IMG/VR virus record: IMGVR_UViG_3300032562_000014 | Coordinates: 8,645 to 72,644 of that record | Direction: 5' to 3' (one strand) | Origin: a virus | Length of the DNA: 64,000 bases | Part shown: positions 28,872 to 38,401 of the stretch, piece after piece | Numbering within the stretch: the first letter of the stretch is position 1 | Layout: every line of letters begins with the position of its first letter | Notes under the pieces: model-generated | What the model was told of the DNA's origin: nothing | Database searches by the model: none | The model's input: only the letters and a program-made list of their open reading frames with translations | Program-made: the position numbers and the translations under genes

Positions 28872-29891
28872 ATGTTAGCAATTGACAAAAATATTGAAAA
28901 GTGCAAGTCCATGCTCTATGAGATTTCTAATCGCACAGACAGCGACTGGGTACTGCAAGGCACAGAAAGGGACAAAAACCCTGTGAAGATGAATACGGCC
29001 AAGACCCACGCTTTACCGCTCAGGTCCCGCGTATTCCTCGGAAAAGGAAAGGGTTATGCGGAAACGCAGTTTGTTTCCGGTGCGCCTACAATATTTGTTA
29101 ATGACGTATACATTGATAAACAAGGTGGGATACATTCTATCGGAGAAGAGAAGCAGGATGGCTGGGATTTGCATAAAGGGCTGAAAAGCCTGGGTTACGA
29201 CCTGAATGTAGAATACAAAAGGGCGCTGTCATTGCAGATTTCATTTGAATCCGGTGTGCTGGACCTGAATAAATACGGACAGGACCCTACGCTTCACAGC
29301 TTCGTTGCTCATCACGAGAACAACAACAAAGCGCCCAATGCGGATGAGGCCCCATCAGGCAACAAGAGCAAAATGTTCAACTTCGACCCGATACAGAAGA
29401 GCGTGAAATCAGAAGTGAAACTGACGGCATCGCTTGATGTGACCTACGAAGCGCTGACACTGGTGTACAACCTGCGCAAGCAACTGGCATCCGGCAGCTA
29501 TGACTACAACACCGCTAAGATAGATGCGCTGATCAACCTGTTTGGCCTGAACAACGGCGCGCAGGACCTGGAAACAACACCGCAGAAAGTAGAAGTGCTG
29601 GTTGCGATGGCCCAGGGTAACCCAAAACAGTTTTTGGACACCATCAAGGAAACATACGATCAGTACAAGATGATCGTACTGACTGCCCAGGAATTGAAGG
29701 TGATCAACTTCGTAAAGAAAGAAGTTACCTTCCACAAGGACAAGACATCGCGCATTATGTTCAATACAGAGGCGACAAAGCTGGAAGATCAGATAGAGGA
29801 GTTCTCTACCTTCCTGCTGGACCCGAAGAATGAAAAAGATTACGCGGCCTTAACCATAGCGGTTGAAGAAGCGAAGAAGAAATCACTTTAA
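28872..29891 (+). CDS. Head-module hypothetical protein
   Basis: 339-aa ORF immediately after the capsid gene, as in crAss-like gene order. Confidence 0.6.
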   Translation: MLAIDKNIEKCKSMLYEISNRTDSDWVLQGTERDKNPVKMNTAKTHALPLRSRVFLGKGKGYAETQFVSGAPTIFVNDVYIDKQGGIHSIGEEKQDGWDLHKGLKSLGYDLNVEYKRALSLQISFESGVLDLNKYGQDPTLHSFVAHHENNNKAPNADEAPSGNKSKMFNFDPIQKSVKSEVKLTASLDVTYEALTLVYNLRKQLASGSYDYNTAKIDALINLFGLNNGAQDLETTPQKVEVLVAMAQGNPKQFLDTIKETYDQYKMIVLTAQELKVINFVKKEVTFHKDKTSRIMFNTEATKLEDQIEEFSTFLLDPKNEKDYAALTIAVEEAKKKSL

Positions 29892-29914
29892 AACACCTTT
29901 AAAAAATATAACCA

Positions 29915-31150
29915 ATGGCAGTTACTTTTGTACAGAGTACCCAGGTGCTCGATGAAAATGGTCAGAACCTCCTTACCTATAACTATACTACAGGTGTAGC
30001 TACTGGTGTAACAAGGGACATCAACACCATAAATTGTGAGATCATTGGTGCGCAATGGCGACTGCCGGTGGTGACTCAGCAAGGACTTCCTTTGCGCGTC
30101 AACTGGGCCGTAGCTGTAGATGCTGTCCGCCCACAGCCCGATGCACAGAAAGTGCTGGTGGTAAAAGAAGTAGGCCCCGGCGCGCTGAACACCTACAAGA
30201 TAGCCATTGCCGATACGGATTATGTTGGTACTACCAATGTGTTCGGTACGCTGGCAGACGGCCTCGGCGGTACGCTCGCTACAATGCCGGTGGTAACCAT
30301 ATCATTCCCTATCGTGCAGAACGCGCCTACCTCTAATACAGGTGGTACCAATACATTCCTGTTCCCATTCCCTGCAAACCCTAATGGTTTACTGTATTCT
30401 ATACCGTTCCCATGGTTCAATGGCGTTGCGCCAACCCCGGCATATGCCCCTACAGGCATTACTACCCCGGCAGGGTTTGTAACATGGGCCAACACCAACT
30501 GGGGCACTTATGGCACATGGACATCTTCCGGTAATATCGTGACATTGTCCAGCCCTTCATCCGCAGGTACACCTGTCACAAAGGCAGGGTTCTACGTGAA
30601 TGTTACTCCGGCTGCATGGTGTATTGATGCTACTACGCTGTATGCGCCAGGCCAGATTGCAACTACATCACTTAACGCAGGTGGTACAGGGTATGTAGTG
30701 AATGATACCTTCACGATCACAGGCGGTACCCAACTGGCTACAGGCCACGTAACAGCAGTGAGCGGCGGTGTAGTAACTACTTACACTATAGATACGCAGG
30801 GCGTAGGATATGCCGTAGCGACAGGTGCGGCCACAGTGGCGACCTCCGGCTCGGGTACAGGCTTGAAGATCAACATCCTCACGCTCCAGACAGCAGCTCC
30901 GGCAACAGTCAATGGCATAGGCTTCGGCACAGGAACACCGGCGACATTCGGCGCGTTCACGCTGAATGACTCTACACCAGCATTGCAGCAGCTGATCACA
31001 GCGATGACTCCGTTCTTTGAGAACGGCGCGACATTCGCAATAGGCGGCGCAGATGGCGACAAGATTACCATCAACACCGTACAGGCAACACCGAAGATAT
31101 ACAATGGGGCATCTGTGATACTCACAGCTACTTCCGGCGCATGTTCTTAA
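29915..31150 (+). CDS. Putative capsid decoration/auxiliary protein
   Basis: 411 aa, Thr/Gly/Ala-rich, with NAGGTGYVVNDTFTITGG and GVGY repeats seen in virion proteins. Confidence 0.6.
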   Translation: MAVTFVQSTQVLDENGQNLLTYNYTTGVATGVTRDINTINCEIIGAQWRLPVVTQQGLPLRVNWAVAVDAVRPQPDAQKVLVVKEVGPGALNTYKIAIADTDYVGTTNVFGTLADGLGGTLATMPVVTISFPIVQNAPTSNTGGTNTFLFPFPANPNGLLYSIPFPWFNGVAPTPAYAPTGITTPAGFVTWANTNWGTYGTWTSSGNIVTLSSPSSAGTPVTKAGFYVNVTPAAWCIDATTLYAPGQIATTSLNAGGTGYVVNDTFTITGGTQLATGHVTAVSGGVVTTYTIDTQGVGYAVATGAATVATSGSGTGLKINILTLQTAAPATVNGIGFGTGTPATFGAFTLNDSTPALQQLITAMTPFFENGATFAIGGADGDKITINTVQATPKIYNGASVILTATSGACS

Positions 31151-31177
31151 TAAATTGACATCTTATTAAAAATACCC

Positions 31178-31205
31178 GAAGGCTGGTCATGTGGCCAGCC
31201 TTCTT
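31178..31205 (+). terminator. Hairpin/terminator
   Basis: GAAGGCTGG-tcatgtgg-CCAGCCTTC followed by TT. Confidence 0.6.
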
Positions 31206-31217
31206 AATATTCAAAAC

Positions 31218-34043
31218 ATGGGCCTTCCAATATCTTCACCTGATATTACCAACTTAGACTTCCTCATCACCTATGACTTGTCCGGCGCTACGCCTGCTAT
31301 CACGCTGACTAACAACAGCACGGTGGTGCATCCGTTATTGCTGTCATGGTGGTATGTGATTACTACGCCAAGTGGTATGATCATTCACCAGGGTAGCTCA
31401 ACAACACCCGATGTGAATAATGTTGCGTGGACTACGTTGTCTATTACCCCAAACTCATGGCCTACACCTTTTGGTAGCGGCATATGTGCCCAGGTGGAGT
31501 TTTCCTGCGCTGCGCCCTATGTATGTACGCTGTATGTAAAAGACAGCACAAATACTACCTATCAACTGGCAAAACAGGTGGTGATATGCCGCCCGGCTGG
31601 TAATACAGTCAATGGATGCGGTAACTTTGGTGTGGCTAACCTCAGCGTGGCAGTACAATGCTCCAATGCGCGCCTCTTGTGCAGCGACTCTACCAACTAT
31701 TCTTACGGCGGTAATATCCAGCCAACAGGCACACCAGTAAACACATGGACGCTGGTATATCCGCAGTCACCTGCCGGCGGCCTACAGCCCGCAAACGGTA
31801 CAGCAAGTAACTCGGCCTACGTTTGGTTCCCATTGGCTTATAGCGCCACAGGATTTAACCTGTACCTGAACAACTATGCTACCTACAACATGGGTAACGG
31901 GCAAACTATCATCCTACAGTACAAAGCACAGTCTACTTTCAATGTATACTGTAATGTGGATGTATGCCAGTTATTGTGTGAAATGGCGAAATTTCAGGCT
32001 ATGGCAACTGCTAAATGTGGCGACTTGATAGATCCCGATCTGAACAACAAAATGACGATGTTGAATTGGATGATCTCGCAGGTAGCGCTGGGTATCATGC
32101 AGCCATCATGCAATATAGATGTACCGGGCCTGATACAGCAGATAGAAACCATGTTCGGATTTGAAAGCTGTGCGTGTGGCAGCTCTCTGGGTATCAACCA
32201 GACATCAGCAGCATCCGGCAATAGCGGCCTCACTACGACATCCAATGTGATCAACATAGCTACTGGCCTTGCGCCGGCCACATGCCCCAATTCTTTCTTC
32301 CCGGCACAGATATACGATCCAACGGGCCTTATCATCATAGGCGTGGCCTCCAGCGCGGACGACATGGTATCTATACTCAATGCTAATGCGGCATGGCAGG
32401 CATATGGTACAGCCTTGAATACAGGTAACTGTACGGTAGAATGGATAACAACAGTCCTCGGCGAGACAGTACCGGTGATCAAAGTGGCCATCAACGGCAC
32501 CACAACCACTTGTACTAATGGCACACAAAGCTACCTCGCGAAGATGGTAGACCTTTGCGCATCGAGCACTACAATAACGGCATCCAGCTATCCGCTCAAC
32601 CTATACGTTGATTTCGGCCTCGGCGCGGGACCGGTATTTGCAGGTAATGTGGCTACCCAGGCTGCGGCAGTTATCGCGCTCAATGCAGTAGCTAGCAAGC
32701 CGGTCAGTGTGACCTTCTCGGCGGGCGGTACGGTAGCGACATTCAATGTAGCCAATAGCAACTGTACAGCATACTCGGCAACCATAAATATCACTTGCGA
32801 TGCCGGTTCGGCAAACTTCCTGTTATATGGCGGCTCAAGTGTTTTATCCATAAATTCAGATGCGCCTATATTTGCGGGCGAGTCGGGTTATGGATTACGC
32901 ACGGACTTGAAAATAGGTGCAATACCCGGCGAGTCGGCGGCGACAGCATTGTGGCACACTATACTAATCGGCACTACGCTGATTAACGCAGAAGGTAACA
33001 CCGGCAAGGTAAACTTCTGGGATGTATCCACGCCTTTGCAGCCCAAACTGATAAGGACCATACAGCTTACGGCTCCATCCGGTGCTTCGGGTAACTTCAC
33101 CGGCAGCCCATTGAGTGCATCTTTGTCCACAGGCGCTACCGGGAATGTAGGTACTTCATGGTATTCTTTATACTTCCCATCGGAGTATAGTAATATGACA
33201 CTATCTGCAGTCTATATATTTGAAGCCATCACCGGATCAGCCTGGCAGTTGAATATGTTTGACTACAGCAGCACCAATGGCATAACAGCATCATTCTATG
33301 ATCAGCGCCTGAAAGGTAAATGCCCCCGCATCATGCAGAAAGGGACGATATACTTTACCCAGGATGGCGATTTGGAAACATCTTCCGGTATATCATCCGG
33401 CATTGCAGTGGGTAGTACGATTGCGTTATCACTCGGCACTTTCTCCAGCGGCGGCATATCTACTATCGCCTCGGTGATTTCTGGCGGTACTGAGTATGTA
33501 TGGACGGCATCTTTTGATGGAGTGAATACCATATGGTTTGGCGGCAATCTGGGTACAATAGTGCAATTCTCTATATCCAGCAATTCTGTAACGAATACCT
33601 ATCCTTTTGGTATGGGGTCAAACGGTAGCACTCATCGTACGCTAAGAAGGCGCGGCAATTCCATATTCTACCTGGGCAACCTGATAGTGACTAACCTGGG
33701 CAACTTCCTGATAGGCGTAGACATCCCTGCCATATCCATAAACGTAGCATCGCTGGCAACAACGCCTGTGGTAATACCGTTCCAGGGTTCGCCTACAGGT
33801 ACGTATACGCTGGGCTTCTCGGGAATGCCTACGGCGCTGGGTAACTGCCTTTTGCTCATACCGTCAATAGGCGGCACAACAGAAACGACTGGCGGCCTTC
33901 CTGCGGCGATAGGTGTATACAACCTTTCCGGTACGCTATTGCAGCATATACCAATCACGGCAGATGGTATACATACCCCAAGTGTGTATAACGTAGTGGC
34001 TATACCTAACATTTCAACATATACCCCAACCACCTTAGTATAA
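31218..34043 (+). CDS. Cys-rich virion structural protein with a C-terminal beta-propeller-like region
   Basis: Start at the ATG at 31218. Many Cys residues; WDVSTPLQPKLIRTI resembles an LVIVD-type blade. Confidence 0.55.
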   Translation: MGLPISSPDITNLDFLITYDLSGATPAITLTNNSTVVHPLLLSWWYVITTPSGMIIHQGSSTTPDVNNVAWTTLSITPNSWPTPFGSGICAQVEFSCAAPYVCTLYVKDSTNTTYQLAKQVVICRPAGNTVNGCGNFGVANLSVAVQCSNARLLCSDSTNYSYGGNIQPTGTPVNTWTLVYPQSPAGGLQPANGTASNSAYVWFPLAYSATGFNLYLNNYATYNMGNGQTIILQYKAQSTFNVYCNVDVCQLLCEMAKFQAMATAKCGDLIDPDLNNKMTMLNWMISQVALGIMQPSCNIDVPGLIQQIETMFGFESCACGSSLGINQTSAASGNSGLTTTSNVINIATGLAPATCPNSFFPAQIYDPTGLIIIGVASSADDMVSILNANAAWQAYGTALNTGNCTVEWITTVLGETVPVIKVAINGTTTTCTNGTQSYLAKMVDLCASSTTITASSYPLNLYVDFGLGAGPVFAGNVATQAAAVIALNAVASKPVSVTFSAGGTVATFNVANSNCTAYSATINITCDAGSANFLLYGGSSVLSINSDAPIFAGESGYGLRTDLKIGAIPGESAATALWHTILIGTTLINAEGNTGKVNFWDVSTPLQPKLIRTIQLTAPSGASGNFTGSPLSASLSTGATGNVGTSWYSLYFPSEYSNMTLSAVYIFEAITGSAWQLNMFDYSSTNGITASFYDQRLKGKCPRIMQKGTIYFTQDGDLETSSGISSGIAVGSTIALSLGTFSSGGISTIASVISGGTEYVWTASFDGVNTIWFGGNLGTIVQFSISSNSVTNTYPFGMGSNGSTHRTLRRRGNSIFYLGNLIVTNLGNFLIGVDIPAISINVASLATTPVVIPFQGSPTGTYTLGFSGMPTALGNCLLLIPSIGGTTETTGGLPAAIGVYNLSGTLLQHIPITADGIHTPSVYNVVAIPNISTYTPTTLV

Positions 34044-34822
34044 TGACAACCCTCGATCTCTTCGATGTATGGCAGAGTTTGCTCACACTGGCGAATGTAT
34101 CCCAGAATGGGCAAATTCCGCCCACGACCTTCGCCAACTGGATGAATGCGATCAATGTAGAGTTGTTCCGGGATAAGTTCTCCGACTATGAATTGATGCA
34201 GCAGTGTTCCGATGAGGTGAAGCTGCCATTTTTGGTAACAGCGTCTATCGTTGTGACATCTGCGGGTGGCGCTTCTTATGGTGTGGCTCCGTACCCTGCT
34301 AACTACGAGTATTTCAGCAGCGCAAAGGTATTGCGCCAGCGGGATGAAAAGGCGGCCAAGAACAACGAGCCGCTGCCCGATATTGACGGGGATGGACAGT
34401 GCCACAAGTATACCGATCCTGACTACGCGGCGCTGGCCATAAAGTATGCCGGCGACCACCTGATCACGAAGACCGTTAACCTGGTAGACAACCAGCGCTG
34501 GGAAGACTGCCTCGACCATGATACAAAGGGCCCGACATACGACAATCCGAAGATGACGCAGTTCTCGGGTGGATTCAAGATAGCCCCGGCAGGTGTGCAG
34601 TTACTTCTTATAGATTATCTGAAAACACCACAGCCATGCGTATTTGCCTATACTATCAGCAGTGATGATATACTCATTTACAATGCCGGCGGCAGCACTC
34701 AGTTACAGTGGAGCAACATAATGAAGGAAGAGTTTTTGTCGCGCCTGTTGAAGAAATACGCGATACTCATAGGGGATGAGAATATGTTCCAGATGGGCGA
34801 AAATGAAAGAAAAACCGCATAA
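34043..34822 (+). CDS. Tail ring/adaptor protein
   Basis: N..QNGQIPP..F..W.N and YLKTP...W patterns as in crAss-like ring proteins; TAATG-coupled. Confidence 0.65.
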   Translation: MTTLDLFDVWQSLLTLANVSQNGQIPPTTFANWMNAINVELFRDKFSDYELMQQCSDEVKLPFLVTASIVVTSAGGASYGVAPYPANYEYFSSAKVLRQRDEKAAKNNEPLPDIDGDGQCHKYTDPDYAALAIKYAGDHLITKTVNLVDNQRWEDCLDHDTKGPTYDNPKMTQFSGGFKIAPAGVQLLLIDYLKTPQPCVFAYTISSDDILIYNAGGSTQLQWSNIMKEEFLSRLLKKYAILIGDENMFQMGENERKTA

Positions 34823-34834
34823 AAAATACTATAG

Positions 34835-35527
34835 ATGGCCGTATCGCTGAAAACACTCGCCGCAAGGGCAAAGGATCTTTACTTCCAGGACTACGCGCCA
34901 AGGGATGCGTTCTTTGATGTAGGGGACTTTATGTTCCATGCTGCCGCCTATTACAGTGATGTCCTGAACAAGATGTATCAGATCATGCGCAAGGATGGTA
35001 TTGCGGAGATGGGTTTTTCAAATACCCCCATATCCGCTGCATGGCTCATGGAAGAGGTTTTGCCGGTAACACCATGCGCTACGTCCAACTTTTTCTTTGC
35101 GCAGCCATCGTCCAATATTTTCTCCTTTGACTTTGATGCGGCTGCCAATGCTATAAATGGCGTAAGCACCACTGGTAAGTGCTGTGGTGGCAAAAAATTT
35201 GATGTCATAAAAATTCAAAATAATGAAATAAGATTTTTATCTTTATCCCCGGTAACAAGCAATGTATACTATTGGCTGGCCCCAAATAACAGGATTGAAT
35301 TTTCGGACAATGTGACAGAGGTGCGGGTATGGTATATCCCGGAGGTATTGGGCAATAATGATAACAGCCTGCTGAGTGATAATATAGCGGCAGATGTGAT
35401 CAAAAATACCTTACAGTTGATGTTCGGTGCGAAACAAGGTAATGTTATACAGGAGGCCAACGATGGCAACAAGAATTTGGTACTGCCACAGCAGGTCAAT
35501 CCTAACCTCGGTAAACAAGGGAACTAA
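34835..35527 (+). CDS. Tail ring/tubular protein
   Basis: 230 aa, in tail-operon position, with a C-terminal D..ADVIK..L......NDG pattern. Confidence 0.55.
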   Translation: MAVSLKTLAARAKDLYFQDYAPRDAFFDVGDFMFHAAAYYSDVLNKMYQIMRKDGIAEMGFSNTPISAAWLMEEVLPVTPCATSNFFFAQPSSNIFSFDFDAAANAINGVSTTGKCCGGKKFDVIKIQNNEIRFLSLSPVTSNVYYWLAPNNRIEFSDNVTEVRVWYIPEVLGNNDNSLLSDNIAADVIKNTLQLMFGAKQGNVIQEANDGNKNLVLPQQVNPNLGKQGN

Positions 35528-35784
35528 TGGACACACAACTCATTACCTACAAAGAAGCAATACTCCATGCGTTAGGAGATAAAAAATTACGCAGGGCTGC
35601 ATGGAATGAATGCCGCTATATCAGGAAATTCTGCGAGGCAGATGCCGATATGCTGAGTCTTCAAAATGCAAGTGATGATTTTATAGTAGAGGACTGCAAA
35701 GAAAGGGTGTGTGATTGCAGCGTAGGCCCTTACCGGCCAACGAGTGAAGACAAGGAAGCGAATGACTGGATAATAATAGCATAA
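35527..35784 (+). CDS. Tad2/DUF2829-like protein (candidate anti-defence nucleotide sponge)
   Basis: 85 aa. TYKEAILHALGDKKLRRAAWN...YRPTSEDKEANDWIII matches the F..A...GKKV.R..WN...W.PS..D..A.DW signature. Confidence 0.65.
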   Translation: MDTQLITYKEAILHALGDKKLRRAAWNECRYIRKFCEADADMLSLQNASDDFIVEDCKERVCDCSVGPYRPTSEDKEANDWIIIA

Positions 35785-36860
35785 TGAGCGATCAGAATTT
35801 AAGGCAATTTGGTGAAGCTGTGATACCGCTGGGAAAGGCGGTGCGGAGCTTTTCTTTGGAACAAGGCAACCTAAAGGAAGTCATGTTCCTTAAAAACCTG
35901 CAACATGCTATATGGGTATATAAAGACATATTCCGCACTACCATGTGGGCAATAAAGACAGTCGCCGTAGAATGCCTTGATCATCACACACTACGCCTCC
36001 CCCGTGACTGCGAACGGCTGGTGAATATATCAGTAGTGGACCATCGCGGCAAGCAACACCCGCTGACCTGCGACCCTGACCTCAATACGGCAAAGTTCAA
36101 CTGCAACCATAAGTGTTCCTGCAAAAAATGCAACGGTCAAAATACGCTGTGCGCCATGCTTGATGATGTGACCACTACCTACACACCTGTAGTGATACAA
36201 GGCGTTACCTACCAGCAGACAACATCTATACGCGCCGATAGCGCCGGCAACATACAGCAGTGGACAAACACACCTGTATTGCAAGCAGGGACAACATCCG
36301 TACAGTACATACAGGAAACAACGACCATCTGCAATGTAGAGGTAGATGATAAAGGCTGTATCATGGCTACGGCCCCTAATATGGAGGCGCTCATGGGTTA
36401 TTTCGGACTGGGCCTGTATGACCCTGGATGCGAAAGCTACGGCTGGCTGGACAACTCGGCATATCGTGAATTGATACCTGCTAATTACAACTTCTGGGGT
36501 TATTATAACCGCAACGCTGCCGACCCGGACATCATACATATCTTCCGCAACGACTACAAGCCACATCATCATCAGGAAGGTGGTTTTTGGGAGAAAGAAG
36601 AACGTATAGGCACAGTGCTGGTAACCTATCAAACCAACGGAGAAACGCCGGGAGAGGAAGTGCTGGTACCGGAATATGCGTATGACTGCCTTATATCAGG
36701 TATCATATACAGGCAACACAAACTTAACCCTCGCGATGGCGACAGGGGCAATGAATTTTACCGGATGTACCGGGCTGAAAAGATGGCCATGATGCGCCAC
36801 CAAAACCCGGTGAGGATGGACGACTTAGAAAAATTACAAACACGCCTGAGAAGGTGGTAA
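35784..36860 (+). CDS. Tail ring/tubular protein
   Basis: LRLPRDCERLVNISVVD..G..HPL and VLVTYQTNG...VPEYAYDCL patterns of crAss-like ring proteins, with a Cys-rich insert. Confidence 0.65.
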   Translation: MSDQNLRQFGEAVIPLGKAVRSFSLEQGNLKEVMFLKNLQHAIWVYKDIFRTTMWAIKTVAVECLDHHTLRLPRDCERLVNISVVDHRGKQHPLTCDPDLNTAKFNCNHKCSCKKCNGQNTLCAMLDDVTTTYTPVVIQGVTYQQTTSIRADSAGNIQQWTNTPVLQAGTTSVQYIQETTTICNVEVDDKGCIMATAPNMEALMGYFGLGLYDPGCESYGWLDNSAYRELIPANYNFWGYYNRNAADPDIIHIFRNDYKPHHHQEGGFWEKEERIGTVLVTYQTNGETPGEEVLVPEYAYDCLISGIIYRQHKLNPRDGDRGNEFYRMYRAEKMAMMRHQNPVRMDDLEKLQTRLRRW

Positions 36861-36872
36861 AACATACAGACC

Positions 36873-37136
36873 ATGTACGAAATGTATTCAGTAAGATCAG
36901 CAGCAAGGGGCAGTTTGGAAGGCAAGCTGGAATCTGACCATACGGAGAAGGTGAACAACTTCATTAAGTTTGGCCGTGCACTCACCAATGACGGCATAGG
37001 TAAACTTGCTCAACCCGCAGAGCCATTAGACCGTAGCGGCTGGAAGATACACCAAAGCACCACATCAACAGTGCAGGATATGTTGGTATCACTCACCACC
37101 TGGTTATTCTGCCATTCAGAAGATACAAGCGCATGA
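36873..37136 (+). CDS. Hypothetical protein
   Basis: 87-aa ORF with an ATGA overlap to the next gene. Confidence 0.5.
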   Translation: MYEMYSVRSAARGSLEGKLESDHTEKVNNFIKFGRALTNDGIGKLAQPAEPLDRSGWKIHQSTTSTVQDMLVSLTTWLFCHSEDTSA

Positions 37137-37651
37137 TAGAACTAAAGCTCATACCGGTAACCATAGAGGAACTGCGCCCGCTGATCCACTTCTCCCTACA
37201 GGGGGATACGGACGTTATTGACAAATACCAGCGCTTCAACTATCCATTTGAAGAGTGCGTGGACTATGTGTACAATGAGATAGCTCGGTTCATCAACGAC
37301 CCTGTATTCGCCGGTGACATGCAGCCATACCGTATCATGCTACAGAGTGGCGATGAAATGGACGATATAGGCTACTGCGTTACCGTAACCAACGGAGAAG
37401 CGCCCAACGAACTATACTCCTATGCTATTAACATAGCCTTCCGCAAGAAGGTATTTCTCGTGGAGTGGCTGCGTAAAGTAGAAGAAATCATCGGCGCGGC
37501 CTACTTCACTGCACTGTGGAATAAAAACAGCAGGGCTATACAATTCTTCAACCGTAACGGGTTTGAGGAAGTGCCCACAAAAGATGGTACATTTGTCTTG
37601 CTGATAAAAAATAAAGATCTGTTACTCAAAAGAAATATCCCATGCCAGTAG
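37133..37651 (+). CDS. GNAT-fold acyltransferase-like protein (T7 gp13-like position)
   Basis: YAINIAFRKK and NKNSRAIQFFNRNGFEE (GNAT motif B); precedes the ejection genes. Confidence 0.6.
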   Translation: MIELKLIPVTIEELRPLIHFSLQGDTDVIDKYQRFNYPFEECVDYVYNEIARFINDPVFAGDMQPYRIMLQSGDEMDDIGYCVTVTNGEAPNELYSYAINIAFRKKVFLVEWLRKVEEIIGAAYFTALWNKNSRAIQFFNRNGFEEVPTKDGTFVLLIKNKDLLLKRNIPCQ

Positions 37652-38373
37652 ATGCAGTATTCGCCGCGGTTGCCATAGCAACAGCAGTATATGGCGCAGT
37701 AAAAGAGAACAAAGCGGACAAAGCGGCAGCAGCGAACGTGCGCCCTACCTATACTACTCCACAGACAGAGTATGACAACCAGCGCATAGCAGAATCGCAG
37801 GCAGGGCAAGGTATGAGCGCCGCATCCAAACAGGACTACCTGAATAATGCCGGGCAGGGACTTGCAGCCACCAATGATGCGATACTGCGTGGCGGAGGCG
37901 ATGCGAACAGCCTTGCAGCCACCTACGATAAATACAACCAAGGTATTTCCAACCTATCCATATATGATGATCAGGCGCGACAAGGACACCTTAATAACCT
38001 GATAGCGCAGAACCAGAGAATGTCGGCAGGTACAGACAAAAACTGGCAACTAAATCAGTATGCGCCGTGGGCAGACCGCGCTAAGTTATATGCAACGCAA
38101 CAGCAGGAGGGGCAACAACTTATCGGACAGGGCATAGGGATGCTGGGGAAAGCGGCAACCGGTGCGGCAGGTGGTATCGGTGGCGGCGGGGATGATACAT
38201 CTTCGGGTAGCGCAGCTCCGCAGGCTGGAGTAGCCCCATCTTCTAACATGGGATCTTACTACGGCACACCAGACTACCAGCCACAAGCGCCATACTATTC
38301 TCCTAATACGCCATCATCAGGTGATGGTAGTGGCACTTATGGGTGGAATGGGTATATGCCGTATCAACAATAA
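37642..38373 (+). CDS. Ejection/pilot protein
   Basis: Hydrophobic Ala-rich N-terminus, Gln/Ala helical body and Gly-rich segment typical of podovirus gp14-like proteins. Confidence 0.65.
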   Translation: MPVDAVFAAVAIATAVYGAVKENKADKAAAANVRPTYTTPQTEYDNQRIAESQAGQGMSAASKQDYLNNAGQGLAATNDAILRGGGDANSLAATYDKYNQGISNLSIYDDQARQGHLNNLIAQNQRMSAGTDKNWQLNQYAPWADRAKLYATQQQEGQQLIGQGIGMLGKAATGAAGGIGGGGDDTSSGSAAPQAGVAPSSNMGSYYGTPDYQPQAPYYSPNTPSSGDGSGTYGWNGYMPYQQ

Positions 38374-38377
38374 TCTG

Positions 38378-38385
38378 TAAGTTTG
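38378..38385 (+). promoter_or_regulatory. -7 promoter element
   Basis: TAAGTTTG upstream of the ATG at 38402. Confidence 0.5.
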
Positions 38386-38401
38386 CTTCATAATACCAGT
38401 C

